A stretch of 64,000 bases of DNA, taken from Alphaproteobacteria bacterium (lineage in GTDB: Bacteria > Pseudomonadota > Alphaproteobacteria > MPNO01). The position numbers and the translations under genes are program-made. The stretch spans positions 1,024,001-1,088,000 of the forward strand of contig OZ219865.1 in the NCBI GenBank assembly GCA_964291675.2, written 5' to 3'. Below are positions 20,930 through 30,324 of the stretch, piece after piece (the stretch's first letter is position 1; the number at the start of each line of letters is the position of its first letter). The notes under the pieces are model-generated. The model was given only the letters and a program-made list of their open reading frames with translations, made no database searches and was not told where the DNA came from.

Positions 20930-22045
20930 ATGAGCGACCAGGGACCGCCCTTCCGCGCCGACCACGTCGGCAGCCTGCTGCGCCCGGCGAGCGTCGCCGA
21001 GGCGCGCCGCAAGTGCCTCGACGAGAAGACCATGCCGGAAGACGAGCTGCGCGCGATCGAGGACGCGGCCATCGCAGACGCCATCCGCATGCAGGAAGAC
21101 GTGGGCCTCAAGGCGGTGACCGACGGCGAGTACCGCCGCCTGTTCTGGCATTACGACTTCATGGGGATGCTGACCGGCTTCGAGTTCGAGCGCCGCGAAC
21201 AGGGGGTGCAGTTCGCCGGCATGCAGATCCCGCCGCTCTACCCGACGATCACCGGAAAGCTCGACTTCCCGGACGACCACCCGATGCTGGACCATTTCCG
21301 CTACGTCGCCGCCAACGCGACGGTCATGCCCAAGATCTCGATCCCGGGTCCGAGCTGCTGCCACTTCCGCACCGCGCCGGAAGACATCCACGTGCCGGAA
21401 TACGCCGACACCGAAATCCTGTTCGCCGACATCGCCGCGACCTACAACAAGGCGGTGCACGCGTTCCATGCCGCCGGCTGCCGCTACATCCAGCTCGACG
21501 ACATCTTCTTCGCCTATCTGTGCGATCCCAGGCACCGCGCGGCGAAACAGGAGGAAGGCCACGATCCGGACCGGCTGATCGACCGCTACGCCTGGATGAT
21601 GCGCGAGGCGATCGAGGACCGCCCCGACGACATGACGGTGGCGATGCATCTCTGCCGCGGCAATTTCCGGTCGACCTACGCGGCCGAGGGCGCCTACGAC
21701 CCGGCGGCGGATGCGGTGTTCAACAAGACCGGGGTCGACATCTTCTTCATGGAGTACGACACCGAGCGCGCCGGCGGGCTGGAGCCGCTGGGACTGCTCG
21801 CCAAGGGGAGCCAGCGGGTGCTGCCGGGCTTCATCACCACCAAGACGCCGGAGCTCGAAAGCATCGACGACCTCAAGCGCAAGTTCGACGAGGCGTCGCA
21901 ATACGCCGATCTCGACCAGCTCGGAATCGCGCCGCAATGCGGCTTCGCCTCGACCGAGCACGGCAACAAGATCGGCCACGACGACCAGCGCCGGAAGCTC
22001 GACCTCGTGGTGACCCTGGCCGAGGAGATCTGGGGCGGGGTGTAG
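20930..22045 (+). CDS. cobalamin-independent methionine synthase II family protein (catalytic domain only)
   Basis: FRADHVGSLLRP, TDGEYRR, HLCRGN, PQCGFAS. Confidence 0.9.
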   Translation: MSDQGPPFRADHVGSLLRPASVAEARRKCLDEKTMPEDELRAIEDAAIADAIRMQEDVGLKAVTDGEYRRLFWHYDFMGMLTGFEFERREQGVQFAGMQIPPLYPTITGKLDFPDDHPMLDHFRYVAANATVMPKISIPGPSCCHFRTAPEDIHVPEYADTEILFADIAATYNKAVHAFHAAGCRYIQLDDIFFAYLCDPRHRAAKQEEGHDPDRLIDRYAWMMREAIEDRPDDMTVAMHLCRGNFRSTYAAEGAYDPAADAVFNKTGVDIFFMEYDTERAGGLEPLGLLAKGSQRVLPGFITTKTPELESIDDLKRKFDEASQYADLDQLGIAPQCGFASTEHGNKIGHDDQRRKLDLVVTLAEEIWGGV

Positions 22046-22049
22046 GGAA

Positions 22050-22125
22050 CGGCCGAAATCTCCGCCGCTCTCCTCTCGTCATTTCGGCCGGAGCGCCGAA
22101 GGCGCGAAGCGCAGAAATCTCCCTG
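22050..22125. repeat. second REP-like palindrome family
   Basis: CGGCCGAAATCTCC ... GTCATTTCGGCCGGAGCGCCGAAGGCGCGAAGCGCAGAAATCTCC. Confidence 0.55.
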
Positions 22126-22355
22126 CCCACCGCCTCACCACGTCATGGCCGGCCCCCGGATCAAGTCCACTGCTGTCCGGTTTGCCGTGAAACAGTTTGC
22201 CGTGAAACAGTTTCGGTGGGGGCGCGCGAGGGCCCCATCCAACGCCGGGAGGGAGTTGGCTGAGATCGCCGGAAGGGGGCGGCGAGACGAGCGGTGGACT
22301 TCCCCGATGTGGCCCGAAGCGGTCCCGCGCGGCGGTCCGGCGTTATGCGGGCCGG

Positions 22356-23605
22356 TCAGGTGGCCTTGGGTTCGGCGCGCCGGGGTTGGATGTAGCCGTA
22401 GCGGCGGAGCATTCGGATCCAGCGCGGGGCGTTGCGCTTGACCATCAGCGCGTCGTAGTCGGCGGTGCGGTCGTAGTAGGGCCTGCCGGTCTTGAGCACG
22501 ACATAAACGATGCGCAGCATCTTGTGTGCGCCGGCCACGATGGCGCGCTTGTATCCGCGCCGGGCGGCGAGCGCGCGGTGGTGGGCCTCGAACTGGCACC
22601 CCTTGGTTCGGGCCGCGCCGTGGGCACATTCGACGAGGCTGGCGCGCAGCGTCCTGGAGCCCCTTCGGGTGCGCGCGTTGCGGCGCTTTCCGCCGCTTTC
22701 GTTGTTGCCGGGGCAGAGCCCGGCCCAGGCGGCGAAGTGCTGCTTGGAGGCGAACGCCTCGATATCCGGGCCGATCTCGATCAGGATGGTCGAGGCGGCG
22801 ATGCGGTCGATGCCGGGGATGGTGGTCAGCAGGCGGAGCTGTTCCTGCCACGGCGTCATCTGCCGGTCGATCTTCTCGCCGTAGGACGCGATGCGCGCCT
22901 CGAGCGCGTCATGCTCGTCCAGCAGATCGCCGAGCATGAAGCGGTCGTTGTCGCCCAGGCTCAGGGAGAGCGCCTCGCCGAGCCCCTCCAGCTTGTTGGC
23001 GACGTGGCCGGTGAGCGAGGCGAGGATGACCGCGCGCGGCGTGGCTTGCGCCAGCCCGTCGAGGATCTTGCGGCCGTTGACGCCGAAGACGTCGGAGAGG
23101 ATGCCGCCGATGCGCAGGCCGGCGCGGTCGACGATCTTCTGCACCCGGTTGCGCACGGTCGAGCGCTGCCTGACCAGGGTACGCCGCTGGCGGCTCAGCG
23201 AGCGCAGCTCCCGGAACGGCTCGGGGGGAACATGGGAAGGCGTGCAGAGCCCGAACTGGCACACGCAGGCCAGCCACACGCTGTCGGCGACATCGGTCTT
23301 GCGCCCCTTCAATGCTTGACCTGACGCGCGTGCACCAGGATCGCTTCGATCCCCGCCGCCTCCACCGCCGCGAAGGGCGCCTGCCAGTAGATCCCGGTCC
23401 CTTCCATGACAGCGGCCTCGACGCGGCGACCGGTCAGCCAGGCGACCATCTCCGCCAGACCGCTCGGAAGCGAGCTGAAGCAGCGCGTCTCCACCACCGG
23501 CTCGCCCTCGCCCTCGCACAGGCGAACCGTCGCGGTGATCTCCATCTTGTGCACGTCCAGACCCGCCGCGCGCGGCCGCACGACGTGCAAGCCTTCCGTC
23601 TTCAT
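22356..23605 (-). pseudogene. IS110-family DEDD recombinase/transposase, frameshifted near 23313
   Basis: GLDVHK, VMEGTGIYW, then in another frame GRKTDVADSVWLA, TIPGID, WAGLCPGNNESGGK. Confidence 0.92.
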
Positions 23606-23609
23606 CGCT

Positions 23610-23953
23610 GTCCTCCTCGTTGCGCTCTCGCCACGGCGGCGTAGGATCGCGCCGTGGCATCGCCACGGTGGAGGCGGGGACAGCGGTCGGAAGGACACGC
23701 ACCCGTCGAGCGGGTGCGGTTCGATTTGCCGCGCGTCCACGGCCGCGGGCCGGGCACAGTACGGGGTGCGGAGCCGACCGCCGGAAGCAGTTTATATCTC
23801 GGGAACCACATCACCGATAAACGGAACGCTCACGCGTCGCCGCCTCCACCGTTCCCATCCTGCCACGGCAGACCCGCGCGACGATCGGCAAACCCTCAGC
23901 CGAACGCCCCGAGTTTCATGCCACGGGGTGGCTCAGCACCGCCGAGACCATGA
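23610..23953. ncRNA. putative IS110 bridge RNA region (transcribed strand undetermined)
   Basis: About 350-nt structured non-coding end upstream of the transposase; contains TTTGCCG (23725-23731, identical to the IS end at 22181) and GTTTATAT (23790-23797, identical to the target junction at 23956). Confidence 0.6.
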
Positions 23954-24152
23954 CGGTTTATATGAGCTGGACCGGGCGCAAAGCCTTGTTCCGGGCGGGA
24001 TATCGGCGCATCCGCCGGATCGGGACACGGATCGCCGCACGCCCGCACTTGCCGTCCCTGCCCCTGTGTTGTCACCCCGGCCGCGTTCCGGGCACCCACG
24101 GGCGGGGCGGGCCGCCCCCGGCTCCCGTACTCCTCCACCGCCACCCCCACCC

Positions 24153-24284
24153 CGTCATGGCCGGACTTGATCCGGCCATCCATGCGCAGACTTGATCCGC
24201 GCAACCACTGGCGCCACCGGTACAACGCCCGTCGGGAGGGGCGGCGGCGCCAGTGGATGCCCGGATCAAGTCCGGGCATGACGA
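24153..24284. repeat. inverted REP doublet (REPIN-like)
   Basis: CGTCATGGCCGGACTTGATCCGGCCATCCA ... TGGATGCCCGGATCAAGTCCGGGCATGACG. Confidence 0.85.
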
Positions 24285-24442
24285 TGGGGGGGGCATGGCG
24301 CTGGGCGGGAAACGCCGGGAGCGACGCGCGTCGAAGGCTAAACCGGACAGCAGTGGATCAAGTCCGGGGGTGACGCGTGGGAGGAGGCAGGGCGACGGGG
24401 CGGGCCGGCGGAGCGTTGTGCTCGCCGGGCGCGGGCCCGCGG

Positions 24443-24997
24443 TCACGTCTCCCCGGCGCCCCGGCCGGGCCAGGGCGCGTGGTAGCTCCGCTCGTCGTGC
24501 TCGATGGTGTTGATGAAGCCGAGCGCCAGCGGAAGCGCCGCTTCCCCGGCGAGGCGGGCCGCCAGCTCGCCGCGCGGACAGAAATGGCGGTAGCCCAGGC
24601 GCTCGTAGGACGCGCGCTCGGGCAGCGAGACGCCATAGACCACGATGCCGCGCTCCGCCCGCAGCGGCGCCGGCAGGGCTTCGGCGAAGGGCAGCCCCTG
24701 CCCCGCATTGTTGCCGATCGCGACGCGGTCGACCGTCGCATCCAGCCCGGCCAGCGCCTCGCGGATCGCCGCTTCCGAGACCCGGTCCCAGTTCAGCCTC
24801 TCGTGCGCGGCCTCGGCGGCGCTGAGCGCGCCCGGATAGCCGGCGCCGACCCGGTAGCCGCCATCGCCCAGGGTCAGCCGCGCCCAGGGAAGCGGCGGCT
24901 CGGCGACGAAGGCATCGACCGTGACCTCGTTGTCGAGGATCAGCACCCGGAAATGGCCGGCGAAGCGGCGCTCGAGCTCGGCGGCGAGACCGGTCAC
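24443..24997 (-). CDS. hypothetical protein
   Basis: Protein-like 3' part of ORF 24443..25396 (FRVLILDNEV...IGNNAGQG...FINTIEH); GTG start just after the VOC gene stop. Confidence 0.7.
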   Translation of the reverse strand: MTGLAAELERRFAGHFRVLILDNEVTVDAFVAEPPLPWARLTLGDGGYRVGAGYPGALSAAEAAHERLNWDRVSEAAIREALAGLDATVDRVAIGNNAGQGLPFAEALPAPLRAERGIVVYGVSLPERASYERLGYRHFCPRGELAARLAGEAALPLALGFINTIEHDERSYHAPWPGRGAGET

Positions 24998-25004
24998 CGC
25001 GGCG

Positions 25005-25568
25005 CTATTCGGCCGCCGCCCGGCGGCGCGATGCCTTCCACGCCGTCCAGCCGCGCATCGACTCCCGCGCGGCGGCGCGGTGCTCGTCGAACACCGCCTC
25101 TTCCCGCGCCTCCTGCGAGGCGAACTCCAGGCGGTAGCCGTTCGGATCGTGGAAGTAGATCGAGCGGCACATGCCGTGGTCGACGGGCCCCTCGACCGCG
25201 ACGCCCCGGTCCACCAGCCGCGTCTTCCACGCCTCCAGCGCTTCATGGTCGGCGACCCGCATGGCGAAGTGGAGGTCCATGCCCCAGCGCCGCCTGAACA
25301 GCTCGTCCGGGTCGTCGCCCGGATTGTCGACCACCTCGAAGAAGGCGATGTAGGACGGGTTGTCGGGATCGCCGCCGCCGATGTCGAAGAAGACATGCAG
25401 GTAGTCGACCGGCTCTCCCGTGGTCGGGTGGCGGTCGATGCGCAGCGCGAGCGACAGCGGAAAGCCCACGACGTCCTCGTAGAACGCCCGCGTCTCCTCC
25501 GCGTCGCGGCAGCGATAGGCGGAGTGGTCGAGACCGAAGACGTCCGGTCGGCCGGGGATCGAGACCAT
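25005..25568 (-). CDS. VOC/glyoxalase family protein
   Basis: LDHSAYRCRDAEETRAFYEDVVG, HFAMRV, DHGMCRSIYFHDPNGYRLE. Confidence 0.9.
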   Translation of the reverse strand: MVSIPGRPDVFGLDHSAYRCRDAEETRAFYEDVVGFPLSLALRIDRHPTTGEPVDYLHVFFDIGGGDPDNPSYIAFFEVVDNPGDDPDELFRRRWGMDLHFAMRVADHEALEAWKTRLVDRGVAVEGPVDHGMCRSIYFHDPNGYRLEFASQEAREEAVFDEHRAAARESMRGWTAWKASRRRAAAE

Positions 25569-25796
25569 GATCGGGCTCCTGCTGGGCGAAGCGGTCGGTC
25601 GGGACCGGATGTTAGCCGGTATTTCGCGCAAGCGGCAGGGGCCTTCCGGCATGCATCGCCGCGAGATCCGCGTTACCATGCGCCGAGTTGGAGAATGTTT
25701 TCCCAGACAGCCTCGCGGGCGCGGCGGCGGGAGCGACGTCCCGGCGGCGTCTTGCGGAACCGATCGACAACCCAGCGGACGGAGGAGACCGGCATC

Positions 25797-26783
25797 ATGA
25801 AGCGCATCACCCGACTGACACTGCGTTCGGCGTTGGCATCCGCGGCAGCCGCCGCCCTCTCTTTCGCGGCGCTCGCCGGCGCCCAGGCGGCGGACAAGGT
25901 CAGGGTGGGGGTGTTCCCGGTCACCTCGGGCCTGCCCTATTTCGTCGCGCTGGAGCGCGGCTACTTCAAGGACGCCGGCATCGACGCCGAGATGGTGCGC
26001 CTCATCGGCGGGCCGGCGCTGGTCTCGGCGATGATCACCAACTCGATCGACGTCGCCGCCAATTTGGTGACCATCGAGGGCATGAACGCGAATCTGAAGA
26101 AGCCGGGGCTGGTCAACTACGTCTCCATCAACAGCCAGAACAAGAAGTACAAGATGGAGACCATCGTCGTCCGCAAGGGCTTTGACGCCAGCAAGATCGG
26201 CGACCTCAAGGGAGCCAAGATCATGTCCGCGCCGGGTCCGGCGAACATGGTGATGGCGCGGGCCGTGCTCGCGGCCAACGGCCTCAAGAAGGGCGACTAC
26301 CAGCTCGACCAGCTGGCGATGCCGCAGCACGTCACGGCGATGAAGGCGGGCACCTACGACGCGGGCTACACGCTGGAGCCCGCGGTCACGATCATGGAGA
26401 ACCAGGGCTCCGCCAGGGCGATCGAGGCGGGCGTGATCGCGACCTACATCCTCGGCAGCGACGACGCGGAGGCCTGGGTGGCGGGCACCGCGCTCACCGG
26501 TGAGTTCCTCGAGAAGCGCCCCGACGTGGCGAAGCGGTTCACCGCGGCCTGGGCGCGCGCCCTGGCCGACATCGGAAAGGACCCCACGGTCCGCAAGCAT
26601 CTGGTCAAGAACACCTTTACGCCCGAGGCGATCGCGCCGACGGTGCCGCTGGTGAACTTCACCATGGTCAAGGACCTGTCGGCCCAGGACAAGGCGGAGT
26701 TCCAGCAGTTCATCGACTTCGTCGTCGACAACAAGGTGATCTCCGGCAAGATCGACGTGACCGAGTACCTGAAGACCTTCTAG
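25797..26783 (+). CDS. ABC transporter substrate-binding protein (SsuA/TauA/NMT1-like)
   Basis: Signal peptide, LPYFVALERGYFKDAGID, DLKGAKI; RBS GGAGGAG. Confidence 0.88.
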   Translation: MKRITRLTLRSALASAAAAALSFAALAGAQAADKVRVGVFPVTSGLPYFVALERGYFKDAGIDAEMVRLIGGPALVSAMITNSIDVAANLVTIEGMNANLKKPGLVNYVSINSQNKKYKMETIVVRKGFDASKIGDLKGAKIMSAPGPANMVMARAVLAANGLKKGDYQLDQLAMPQHVTAMKAGTYDAGYTLEPAVTIMENQGSARAIEAGVIATYILGSDDAEAWVAGTALTGEFLEKRPDVAKRFTAAWARALADIGKDPTVRKHLVKNTFTPEAIAPTVPLVNFTMVKDLSAQDKAEFQQFIDFVVDNKVISGKIDVTEYLKTF

Positions 26784-26820
26784 CCGTTCCGCGCCGGGCG
26801 GGCGCAGCCGACAGAACGTT

Positions 26821-27654
26821 GTGGCGGAACGCATGGCCGAAGACGCGCCCGCGACACCGGTGGAGGCGGGCGCGCCTTCGCCGGCGGCCGCTTCCGGCGA
26901 GGCGCATATCACCATCCGGGGCCTGTCCAAGGCGTTCGGCGAAGCGGTCATATACGACGGCTTCGACCTCGACATCCCGCGCGGCCGCTTCGTGTCCGTG
27001 TTCGGTCCGAACGGGTGCGGGAAGTCGACCCTCATCAATCTCGTCGCGGGGCTGCTGGAGGCCGATGCGGGCACCATCCGCTTCGCCGGCAAGCGCCTGC
27101 GCGACACCAATTTCGGCTACGTGTTCCAGAACTACCGGGAAGCCCTGTTTCCCTGGATGCGGTCGATCGACAACATCCGCTACCCGCTGAAATTCCGCAA
27201 CATCCCGCGCGCCGAGCGAAGCCGGCGCGTGGAACGGCTGGTCGACCGCCTCGGCGTGACCCTCGACCTCTCCAAGTACCCGTACCAGCTTTCGGGCGGC
27301 CAGCAGCAGCTCGTCTCGATCATGCGCTCGTTGGTGATCGAGCCGGAGGTGCTGTTCCTCGACGAGCCGTTCTCGGCGCTGGATTACGAGATGACGCTGT
27401 TCATGCGCGACCAGCTCCAGGCGCTGTTCATGGACACCAGGACGACGATGGTGTTCGTCTCGCACGACCTGGAGGAGGCGGTCTATCTCGCCGACGACGT
27501 GATGCTGCTGTCGCGCGGACCCGCCGAGGTCGCGGACTATGTGAGCGTCGGCATCGCGCGGCCGCGCACCGCGGCCACCATCTCGCAGGCCGATTTCGTA
27601 CGGGTGAAGGCGCACTGCCTCGACGTCTTCCAGAAGACGGTGCGCGGCTCTTGA
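26821..27654 (+). CDS. ABC transporter ATP-binding protein (NitT/TauT family)
   Basis: GPNGCGKST, YPYQLSGGQQQ, LDEPFSALD, VSHDLEEA. Confidence 0.93.
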   Translation: MAERMAEDAPATPVEAGAPSPAAASGEAHITIRGLSKAFGEAVIYDGFDLDIPRGRFVSVFGPNGCGKSTLINLVAGLLEADAGTIRFAGKRLRDTNFGYVFQNYREALFPWMRSIDNIRYPLKFRNIPRAERSRRVERLVDRLGVTLDLSKYPYQLSGGQQQLVSIMRSLVIEPEVLFLDEPFSALDYEMTLFMRDQLQALFMDTRTTMVFVSHDLEEAVYLADDVMLLSRGPAEVADYVSVGIARPRTAATISQADFVRVKAHCLDVFQKTVRGS

Positions 27655-27662
27655 GATATCTG

Positions 27663-28418
27663 ATGGACAGGTTCGGGCCGCTCACCCCGCTGATCGGCGT
27701 GGTGGGGCTGCTCGTCATCTGGCAGCTCGCCTTCTGGGTCGAGGTCGTCGACCGCGTGCTCCTGCCCTCGCCGGTCTCCATGTTCGCCGCGGTCTGGCAC
27801 GGCATGACCGGCGGGCAGCTCCTGCTCGACTTCTTCCGCACCATCGAACGCACGTCTCTCTCGATCCTGTATGCCGGGATCATCGGCATCCCGCTCGGCA
27901 TCGCCCTCGGGTCGTCGGTTCCGGTCTACCGGTCGGTCGAGTTCGTGGTGGACTTCTTCCGCTCGACGCCGGCCAGCGCCGTGTTTCCGCTGTTCCTGGC
28001 GATCTCCGGCCCGGGCGACACGACCAAGATCCAGGTCGCGACCTTCGGCGCGTCGCTGGTGATCCTGTTCAACGTCGCCTACGGGGTGATGAACGCGCGC
28101 AAGACCCGCCTCCAGGCCGCCCAGGTGATGGGCGCATCGAGGCTGCGCGTTCTCACCGATGTGATGCTGTTCGAGTCCCTGCCGCAGACCTTCGTGGGCT
28201 TGCGGAACGGCGTCTCGCTGGCGCTCATTATCGTCATCGTCGCCGAGATGTTCATCGGCTCGGTCGACGGCCTCGGCCACAACGTGCTCGACAACCAGAT
28301 GCTGTTCGAGATGCCGCGGATGTATGCCGCGATCTTCGTCGCCGGCGCGCTCGGCTACGGCTTCAACCTCCTGTTCCTGCTGATCGAGCGGCGCTACGTC
28401 CACTGGGCGGGACGCTGA
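27663..28418 (+). CDS. ABC transporter permease (SsuC/TauC-like)
   Basis: LLPSP, DFFRSTPASAVFP, IVAEMFIGS. Confidence 0.9.
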   Translation: MDRFGPLTPLIGVVGLLVIWQLAFWVEVVDRVLLPSPVSMFAAVWHGMTGGQLLLDFFRTIERTSLSILYAGIIGIPLGIALGSSVPVYRSVEFVVDFFRSTPASAVFPLFLAISGPGDTTKIQVATFGASLVILFNVAYGVMNARKTRLQAAQVMGASRLRVLTDVMLFESLPQTFVGLRNGVSLALIIVIVAEMFIGSVDGLGHNVLDNQMLFEMPRMYAAIFVAGALGYGFNLLFLLIERRYVHWAGR

Positions 28419-28437
28419 CCCGCATTTCTCGCTGGGC

Positions 28438-29754
28438 TCAGTGGTAGAACAGCCGCGGCAGGAACAGCGAGACCGACGGGATACCGACCAGCAGGGCGAG
28501 GCGGAGGATGTCGGCGCACCAGAACGGCGTGACGCCTCTGAACACGGTGCTGGTCTTCACGTCCTTGAGCACGCCGGCGAGCACGAAGACGTTGAGCCCG
28601 ACCGGCGGGGTGATCAGGCTGATCTCGGTCACCACCACGGCGATGATGCCGAACCAGACCAGGATCGCCTCCTCGCCGAGCCCGGCATAGCCGAGCCCCT
28701 GCACCACCGGGAAGAAGATCGGGATGGTGAGCAGCAGCATCGACAGGCTCTCGAACACGCAGCCAAGCACCAGGTAGATCGCCAGGATGATGACGATCAC
28801 CATCAGCGGCGACAGCTCGTAGCCGGTGACCAGCGAGAGCAGCCCGGACGGCAGCCCGCCCCGGTTGACGAAGTTGGAGAAGATCAGCGCGCCGATCAGC
28901 ACGATGAACAGCATCGCCGTGGTGCGCGCCGAATCGGTCAGCACCTCCAGCAGCGAGCGCCAGGTGAGCGCGCCGCGGGCGAGCGCGATCAGGAACGCCC
29001 CGCCGGCGCCCACGCCGGCGGCCTCGGTCGGGGTGAACAGCCCGCCATAGATCCCGCCCATCACCAGGACGAACAAGAGCAGCGTGCCCCAGACGCCGCG
29101 GAGCGCGGCGAGGCGTCCCGGCCAGTCGGTGCGCTCCGCCCGCGGCCCGTCCGCCGGGCGCCGCCACACCACCCACTGCACGGCGGCGAGGTAGAGCGCG
29201 ATCCCGAGCAGGCCGGGCAGGAAGCCGGCGGCGAACAGCTCGCGGATGCTGGTCTCGGTCATCAGCCCGTAGATCACCAGGATCACGCTCGGCGGGATCA
29301 GGATGCCGAGCGTGCCGCCGGCGGCGATCGAGGCCGAGGCCAGGCTGTCGGAATAGCCGTAGCGGCGCATCGGCGGCATGGCGACCTTGGACATCGTCGC
29401 CGCGGTGGCGAGCGAGGAGCCGCAGATCGCCGAGAACCCGCCGCAGGCGACGATGGTCGCCATCGAGAGCCCGCCGCGGCGATGCCCGAGAAAGGCGTGG
29501 CTCGCACCGTAGAGCTCGCCCGAGAGCCCGGCGCGCGACACCAGATTGCCCATCAGGATGAACAGCGGCACCACCGAGAGCCCGTAGGAGAGCGCGGTCT
29601 CGGAGACCAGCGTGCCGACCATCGAGAGCGAGGGCTGCCAGCCCGACAGGTAGCCGAAGCCGGTGAACCCCACGATCCCCATGGCAAAGGCGATCGGAAG
29701 CCGCAGGAAGACCAGCGCGAGAAGCACCGCGAAGCCGATGAGGACGATTGCCAT
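28438..29754 (-). CDS. TRAP transporter large permease DctM
   Basis: GSSLATAATM, GGTLGILIPPS, FTPTEAA, LITPPVGLNVF. Confidence 0.94.
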   Translation of the reverse strand: MAIVLIGFAVLLALVFLRLPIAFAMGIVGFTGFGYLSGWQPSLSMVGTLVSETALSYGLSVVPLFILMGNLVSRAGLSGELYGASHAFLGHRRGGLSMATIVACGGFSAICGSSLATAATMSKVAMPPMRRYGYSDSLASASIAAGGTLGILIPPSVILVIYGLMTETSIRELFAAGFLPGLLGIALYLAAVQWVVWRRPADGPRAERTDWPGRLAALRGVWGTLLLFVLVMGGIYGGLFTPTEAAGVGAGGAFLIALARGALTWRSLLEVLTDSARTTAMLFIVLIGALIFSNFVNRGGLPSGLLSLVTGYELSPLMVIVIILAIYLVLGCVFESLSMLLLTIPIFFPVVQGLGYAGLGEEAILVWFGIIAVVVTEISLITPPVGLNVFVLAGVLKDVKTSTVFRGVTPFWCADILRLALLVGIPSVSLFLPRLFYH

Positions 29755-29775
29755 CGAGCCCGGGCCGTCGCGCCG

Positions 29776-30324
29776 TCAGACGCCGCTTTGATCGTCGCCG
29801 CCGGCCGGCGCCGGACCCGACCCGCCCGCATGGCGGACGACGTTGACCGCGAAGGCCACCGCGCCGCAGGCGCTCAATACGGCGATGAAATAGGTGACCG
29901 GCGCGAGCCGGATCTCCAGGAACTCGGTCGCGTCGCCGTACTCGGCCTCCCGAACCCCGATGATCCAGACCCGCCAGGCGACGAAGCCGAGCGCCGCCGC
30001 CATGATCGCGTTGAGGATCGCCTGGCGCAGCGGCACCAGCCGGTCGGGAAACCAGATGTCGAGCAAATCGACCGAGACGTGCTCCTCGCGCAGGCACACC
30101 GAGGGCAGGATGGCGAAGACGACCACCGCCAGCATGAGCTGGGTCAGCTCGGTCGCGCCGTCGAGCGGGGCGCCCAGCAGCTCGCGCCCGATGACGTCGA
30201 CGCAGGTCATCGCCATCAGGGCGAACAGCACCGCCGAGGACGCCCCTTCCGGGACGGCGGTCAGCCAGAAGCCGAGGCGCCGCCCGGAAGGGGGTTTCCC
30301 GTCAACCGGACCCGCCTCGCTCAC
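29776..30324 (-). CDS. TRAP transporter small permease DctQ
   Basis: DVIGR, ATELTQ, EEHVSVDLL; four TM helices. Confidence 0.9.
   Translation of the reverse strand: MSEAGPVDGKPPSGRRLGFWLTAVPEGASSAVLFALMAMTCVDVIGRELLGAPLDGATELTQLMLAVVVFAILPSVCLREEHVSVDLLDIWFPDRLVPLRQAILNAIMAAALGFVAWRVWIIGVREAEYGDATEFLEIRLAPVTYFIAVLSACGAVAFAVNVVRHAGGSGPAPAGGDDQSGV

Larger units (their letters stand above)
22184..23959 (-). mobile_element. IS110-family insertion sequence (about 1.78 kb)
   Basis: Transposase plus non-coding ends; shared core CGGTTT at 22178-22183 and 23954-23959; removing it restores CCACTGCTGTCCGGTTTA, the 18-bp match to the opposite TIR. Confidence 0.85.
22169..24354. mobile_element. non-autonomous MITE-like element with 15-bp TIRs and an 11-bp target-site duplication, interrupted by IS110
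   Basis: ACTGCTGTCCGGTTT (22169-22183) / AAACCGGACAGCAGT (24340-24354); direct repeat GGATCAAGTCC at 22158-22168 and 24355-24365. Confidence 0.85.

Noticed and set aside
23300-23325. Programmed ribosomal frameshift in the IS110 transposase
   Set aside because: There is no slippery heptamer, and IS110 recombinases are single ORFs; a 1-nt deletion or sequencing error explains it.
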